This document shows, piece by piece, positions 58,601 through 64,000 of a stretch of 64,000 nt of DNA. Positions within the stretch are counted from its first letter, which is position 1. The number at the start of each line of letters is the position of its first letter. Origin of the DNA: Eledone cirrhosa (taxonomy: Eukaryota); the NCBI GenBank assembly GCA_964016885.1, contig OZ024741.1, positions 246,264,001 through 246,328,000 of the forward strand. The letters run 5' to 3'. Under the pieces are notes generated by a model. The model ran no database searches. It was not told the origin of the DNA and saw nothing but the letters and a program-made list of their open reading frames with translations. A program made the translations under genes and the position numbers.

Positions 58601-61600
58601 TATCTCCCCTTGGACGGCTGGAAATTATCTCCCCTTGATTTTTTTTACAAATTATCTCCTCCTGATTTTTTTTACAAATCTCCCAATGATTTTTTAAAAA
58701 AAATTATCTCCCCTTCGCTGGCTGGAAATTATCTCCCCTTGGACGCTGGAAATTATAGCCCCTTGGAGGGCTGGAAATTATCTTCCCTTGGACGGCTGGA
58801 AATTATCTCCCCTTGATTTTTTTTACAAATTATCTCCCCCTGATTTTTTTTTACAAATTATCTCCCCCTGATTTTTTTTTACAAATTATCTCCCCCTGAT
58901 TTTTTATTTACAAATTATCTCCGCCTGATTTTTTTTTAAAAATTACCTCCCCTTGGACGGCTGGAAATTATCTCCCCTTGGACGGCTGGAAATTATCTCC
59001 CCTTGGACGGCTAGAAATTATCTCTCCTTGGACGGCTGAAAATTATCTCCCCTTGGACGGCTGCAAATTATCTCCCCTTGATTTTTTTTACAAATTATCT
59101 CCCCCTGATTTTTTTTACAAATTATCTCCCCCTGATTTTTTTTACAAATTATCTACCCCTGATTTTTTTTACAAATTATCTCCCCCTGATTTTTTTTTAC
59201 AAATTATCTCCCCCTGATTTTTTTTACAAATTATCTCCGCCTGATTTTTTTAAATATTATCTTCCCTTGGCTGGCGGGAAATTATCTCCCCTTGGACGGC
59301 TGGAAATTATCTGCCCTTGATTTTTTTTACAAATTATCTCCCCCTGATTTTTTTTTTACAAATTATCTCCCCCTAATTTTTTTTTACAAATTATCTCCCC
59401 CTGATTTTTTTTACAAATTATCTCCCCCCTGATTTTTTTACAAATTATCTCCCCTTGGCTGGCTGGAAATTATCTCCCCTTGGAGGCTGGAACTTATCTC
59501 CCCTTGGACGGCTAGATATTACCTCCCCTTGGACGGCTGGAAATTATCTCCCCTTGGACGGCTGGAAATTATCTCCCCTTGGATGGCTAGATATTACCTC
59601 CCCTTGGACGGCTGGAAATTATCTCCCCTTGATTTTGTTTACAAATTATCTCCCCCTGATTTTTTTTTACAAATTATCTCCCCCTGATTTTTTTTTACAA
59701 ATTATCTCCCCCTGATTTTTGTTTACAAATTATCTCCGCCTGATTTTTTTTTTAAAATTATCTCCCCTTGGACGGCTGGAAATTATCTCCCCTCGGACGG
59801 CTAGAAATTACCTCTCCTTGGACGGCTGAAAATTATCTCCCCTTGGACGGCTGGAAATTATCTCCCCTTGATTTTTTTACAAATTATCTCCCCCTGATTT
59901 TTTTTTTACAAATTATCTCCCCCTGATTTTTTTTTAGAAATTATCTACCCCTGATTTGTTTTTACAAATTATCTCCCCCTGATTTTTTTTTACAAATTAT
60001 CTACCCCTGATTTTTTTTACAAATTATCTCCCCCTGATTTTTTTTACAAATTATCTCCCCCTGATTTTTTTTTTACAAATTATCTCCCCCTGATTTTTTT
60101 ACAAATTATCTCCCCCTGATCTTTTTTACAAATTATCTCCGCCGGATTTTTTTAAATATTATCTTCCCTTGGCTTGCGGGAAATTATCTCCCCTTGGACG
60201 GCTGAAAATTATCTCCCCTTGGACGGCTGGAAATTATCTCCCCTTGATTTTTTTTACAAATTATCTCCCCCTGATTTTTTTTTACAAATTATCTTCCCCT
60301 GATTTTTTTTTACAAATTATCTCCCCCTGATTTTTTTTACAAATTATCTCCCCCTGATTTTTTTTACAAATTATCTCCCCCTGATTTTTTTTTACAAATT
60401 ATCTCCCCCTGATTTTTTTACAAATTATCTCCCCCTGATTTTTTTTACAAATTATCTCCGCCTGATTTTTTAAAATATTATCTCCCCTTGGACGGCTGGA
60501 AATTATCTGCCCTTGATTTTCTTTTTACAAATTAACTTCCACTGATTTTTTTTACAAATTATCTCCACCTGATTTTTTTAAAAATTATCTCCCCTTGGAA
60601 GGCTGGAAATTATCTCCCCTTGGCTGGAAATTATCTCCCCTTGGACGGCTAGAAATTATCTCTCTTTGGACGGCTGGAAATTATCACCCCTTGAGTTTTT
60701 TACAAATTATCTCCCCCTGATTTTTTTTACAAATCTCCCAGTGATTTTTAAAAAAAAATTATCTTCCCTTCACTGGCTGGAAATTATCTCCCCTTGGACG
60801 CTGGAAATTATAGCCGCTTGATTTTTTTTACAAATTATCTCCCCCTGATTTTTTTTTACAAATTATCTCCCCCTGATTTTTTTTAAAAAATTATCTCCCC
60901 TTGGACGGCTGGAAATTATCTCCCCTTGGACGGCTGGAAATTATCTCTCCTTGGACGGCTAGAATTTACCTCTCCTTGGACGGCTGAAAATTATCTCCCC
61001 TTGGACGGCTGGAAATTATCTCCCCTTGATTTTTTTTACAAATTATCTCCCCCTGATTTTTTTTTACAAATTATCTCCCCCTGATTTTTTTTTACAAATT
61101 ATCTCCCCCTGATTTTTTTTACAAATTATCTCCCCCTGATTTTTTTACAAATTATCTCCCCTTGGCTGGCTGGAAATTATCTCCCCTTGGACGGCAGGAA
61201 ATTATCTCCCCTTGGATGGCTAGATATTACCTCCCCTTGGACGGCTGGAAATTATCTCCCCTTGATTTTTTTACAAATTATCTGCCCCTGATTTTTTTTT
61301 ACAAATTATCTCCCCCTGATTTTTTTTTACAAATTATCTCCCCCTGATTTTTTTTTTAAAATTATCTCCCCTTGGACGGCTGGAAATTATCTCCCCTTGG
61401 ACGGCTAGAAATTACCTCTCCTTGGACGGCTGAAAATTATCTCCCCTTGGACGGCTGGAAATTATCTCCCCTTGATTTTTTTACAAATTATTTCCCCCTG
61501 ATTTTTTTTTACAAATTATCTCCCCCTGATTTTTTTTTACAAATTATCTATCCCTGATTTTTTTTTACAAATTATCTCCCCCTGATTTTTTTTTACAAAT

Positions 61601-63825
61601 TATCTACCCCTGATTTTTTTTTACAAATTATCTCCCCCTGATTTTTTTTACAAATTATCTCCCCCTGATTTTTTTTTTTACAAATTATCTCCCCCTGATT
61701 TTTTTACAAATTATCTCCCCCTGATTTTTTTTACAAATTATCTCCGCCGGATTTTTTTAAATATTATCTTCCCTTGGCTGGCGGGAAATTATCTCCCCTT
61801 GGACGGCTGAAAATTATCTCCCCTTGGACGGCTGGAAATTATCTCCCCTTGGAAGGATGGAAATTATCTCCCCTTGCACGGCTGGAAATTATCTCCCCTT
61901 GGCTGGAAATTATCTCCCCTTGGACGGCTAGAAATTATCTCTCTTTGGACGGCTGGAAATTATCTCCCTTTGATTTTTTTTACAAATTATCTCCCTCTGA
62001 TTTTTTTTACAAATCTCCCCCTGATTTTTTTAAAAAAATTATCTCCCCTTCGCTGGCTGGAAATTATCTTCCCTTGGACGGCTGGAAATTATCTCCCCTT
62101 GATTTTTTTTACAAATTATCTCCGCCTGATTTTTTTTTAAAATTATCTCTCCTTGGACGGCTGGAAATTATCTCCCCTTGATTTTTTTTACAAATAATCT
62201 CCCCCTGATTTTTTTTTACAAATTATCTCCCCCTGATTTTTTTTTACAAATTATCTACCCCTGATTTTTTTTACAAATTATCTCCCCCTGATTTTTTTTA
62301 CAAATTATCTCCCCCTGATTTTTCTTTTACAAATTATCTCCCCCTGATTTTTTTACAAATTATCTCCCCCTGATTTTTTTTACAAATTGTCTCTGCCTGA
62401 TTTTTTTAAATATTATCTTCCCGTGGCTGGCGGGAAATTACCTCCCCTTGGACGGCTGGAAATTATCTGTCCTTGATTTTCTTTTTACAAATTATCTTCC
62501 ACTGATTTTTTTTACAAATTATCTCCACCTGATTTTTTTAAAAATTATCTCCCCTTGGAAGGCTGGAAATTATCTCCCCTTGGCTGGAAATTATCTCCCC
62601 TTGGACGGCTAGAAATTATCTCTCTTTGGACGGCTGGAAATTATCACCCCTTGAGTTTTTTACAAATTATCTCCCCCTGATTTTTTTTACAAATCTCCCA
62701 GTGATTTTTAAAAAAAAATTATCTCCCCTTCGCTGGCTGGAAATTATCTCCCCTTGGACGCTGGAAATTATAGCCCCTTGGAGGGCTGGAAATTATCTTC
62801 CCTTGGACGGCTGGAAATTATCTCCCCTTGATTTTTTTTACAAATTATCTCCCCCTGATTTTTTTTTACAAATTATCTTCCCCTGATTTTTTTTTACAAC
62901 TTATCTGCGCCTGATTTTTTTAAAAAAATTATCTCCCCTCGGACGGCTGGAAATTATCTCTCCTTGGACGGCTAGAATTTACCTCTCCTTGGACGGCTGA
63001 AAATTATCTCCCCTTGGACGGCTGGAAATTATCTCCCCTTGATTTTTTTTACAAATTATCTACCCCTGATTTTTTTTACAAATTATCTCCCCCTGATTTT
63101 TTTTACAAATTATCTCCCCCTGATTTTTTTTTTACAAATTATCTCCCCCTGATTTTTTTACAAATTATCTCCCCCTGATTTTTTTTACAAATTATCTCCG
63201 CCGGATTTTTTTAAATATTATCTTCCCTTGGCTTGCGGGAAATTATCTCCCCTTGGACGGCTGAAAATTATCTCCCCTTGGACGGCTGGAAATTATCTCC
63301 CCTTGATTTTTTTTACAAATTATCTCCCCCTGACTTTTTTTTACAAATTATCTCCCCCTGATTTTTTTTACAAATTATCTCCCCCTGATTTTTTTACAAA
63401 TTATCTCCCCTTGGCTGGCTGGAAATTACCTCCCCTTGTAGGCTGGAATTTATCTCCCCTTGGACGGCTAGAAATTACCTCTACTTGGACGGCTGGAAAA
63501 TATGTCTCCTTGGACGGCTGGATATTATCTCCCCTTGGACGGCTGGAAATTATCTCCCCTTGGACGGCTGGAAATTATCTCCCCTTGATTTTTTTTACAA
63601 ATTATCTCCCCCTGATTTTTTTACAAATCTCCCAGTGATTTTTAAAAAAAAATTATCTTCCCTTCGCTGGCTGGAAATTATCTCCCCTTGGACGCTGGAA
63701 ATTATAGCCCCTTGGAGGGCTGGAAATTATCTTCCCTTGGACGGCTGGAAATTATCTCCCCTTGATTTTTTTTACAAATTATCTCCCCCTGATTTTTTTT
63801 TACAAATTATCTCCCCCTGATTTTT
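46637..63825 (+). repeat. 8,549/8,548-bp duplication inside the second super-repeat
   Basis: ORFs 47114/55663 are offset 8549 and 54937/63485 are offset 8548. Confidence 0.92.
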
Positions 63826-64000
63826 TTTTACAACTTATCTGCGCCTGATTTTTTTAAAAAAATTATCTCCCCTTGGACGGCTGGAAATTATCTCCCCTTG
63901 GACGGCTGGAAATTATCTCTCCTTGGACGGCTAGAATTTACCTCTCCTTGGACGGCTGAAAATTATCTCCCCTTGGACGGCTGGAAATTATCTCCCCTTG

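Larger units (their letters stand above)
1..64000 (+). repeat. Compound satellite array of two interspersed monomer types (A: 26-30 bp with a T-tract; B: 25 bp with GGACGGCTGG) sharing the core AAATTATCTCCCCYTG; runs off both window ends
   Basis: Directly visible throughout. A monomers at 1-26 (T7) and 27-53 (T8); canonical B monomers e.g. 7201-7250. No non-repeat segment and no inverted monomer seen. Confidence 0.99.
6051..64000 (+). repeat. ~31.5-kb super-repeat: ~6051-32505 recurs near-identically at ~37521-64000 (second copy cut by the window end)
   Basis: ORF offsets are 31470 (6329/37799 through 21354/52824), then 31496 (21730/53226 to 27959/59455), then 31495 (29877/61372 to 31990/63485). 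Text at 6061 and 37531 is identical (AATTATCTCCCCCTGATTTTTTTTACAAATTGTCTCTGCC). Confidence 0.95.

Noticed and set aside
93-63820. All plus-strand ORFs of 61-176 aa (e.g. 9859-10389)
   Set aside because: They are translations of the monomers in rotating frames (KLSPPDFFY, NYLPLDGW, EIISPWTAG). Most start at TTG within the repeat, and they open or close with T-tract length. There is no domain, ribosome-binding site or frame conservation.
1-64000. CRISPR-like array (constant core plus variable part)
   Set aside because: The intervening parts are only 9-14 bp and of two recurring types rather than unique spacers. There is no leader and no cas gene.
1-64000. Telomerase-made long-unit telomeric repeat, as in some budding yeasts
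   Set aside because: It matches no telomere repeat I know. Multi-kb higher-order duplications with inherited variants indicate recombinational amplification rather than templated addition.
1-64000. Canonical G-quadruplex or i-motif array from G4-G5 runs on the minus strand
   Set aside because: The runs are separated by about 21-23 nt, far longer than canonical loops, so it cannot be supported without experiment.
1-64000. T-tracts as rho-independent or Pol III terminators
   Set aside because: No GC-rich hairpin precedes the tracts and no transcription unit or promoter boxes are evident.
1-64000. Pure sequencing artefact or synthetic concatemer
   Set aside because: Hierarchically shared point variants and conserved homopolymer lengths between distant copies fit an evolved array. 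The copy number of the largest duplications could still be mis-assembled.

Overview
The whole 64 kb window is one uninterrupted, head-to-tail satellite (minisatellite-length) array of roughly 2,400-2,500 monomers, all in the same orientation. I see no unique sequence, credible gene, RNA gene or transposon. Two monomer types share a 16-bp core, AAATTATCTCCCCYTG. Type A (mostly 26-28 bp, up to 30) is AAATTATCTCCCCCTGA(T)7-11AC. Type B (25 bp) is AAATTATCTCCCCTTGGACGGCTGG. They alternate in short runs, with stereotyped junction monomers at the switches. Above this sits a nested higher-order structure, read from constant offsets between identical ORF-track entries and from diagnostic variants: about 625 bp x3, about 3.7 kb (diverged), 5,987 bp x2, 8,523-8,549 bp x2 plus a partial third copy, and a near-identical 31.47-31.50 kb duplication containing most of these. 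All listed ORFs are by-products of translating the repeat. The window is most likely eukaryotic heterochromatic (pericentromeric, centromeric or subtelomeric) satellite DNA. The organism and any function cannot be determined from the sequence, and I found no protein-coding system.
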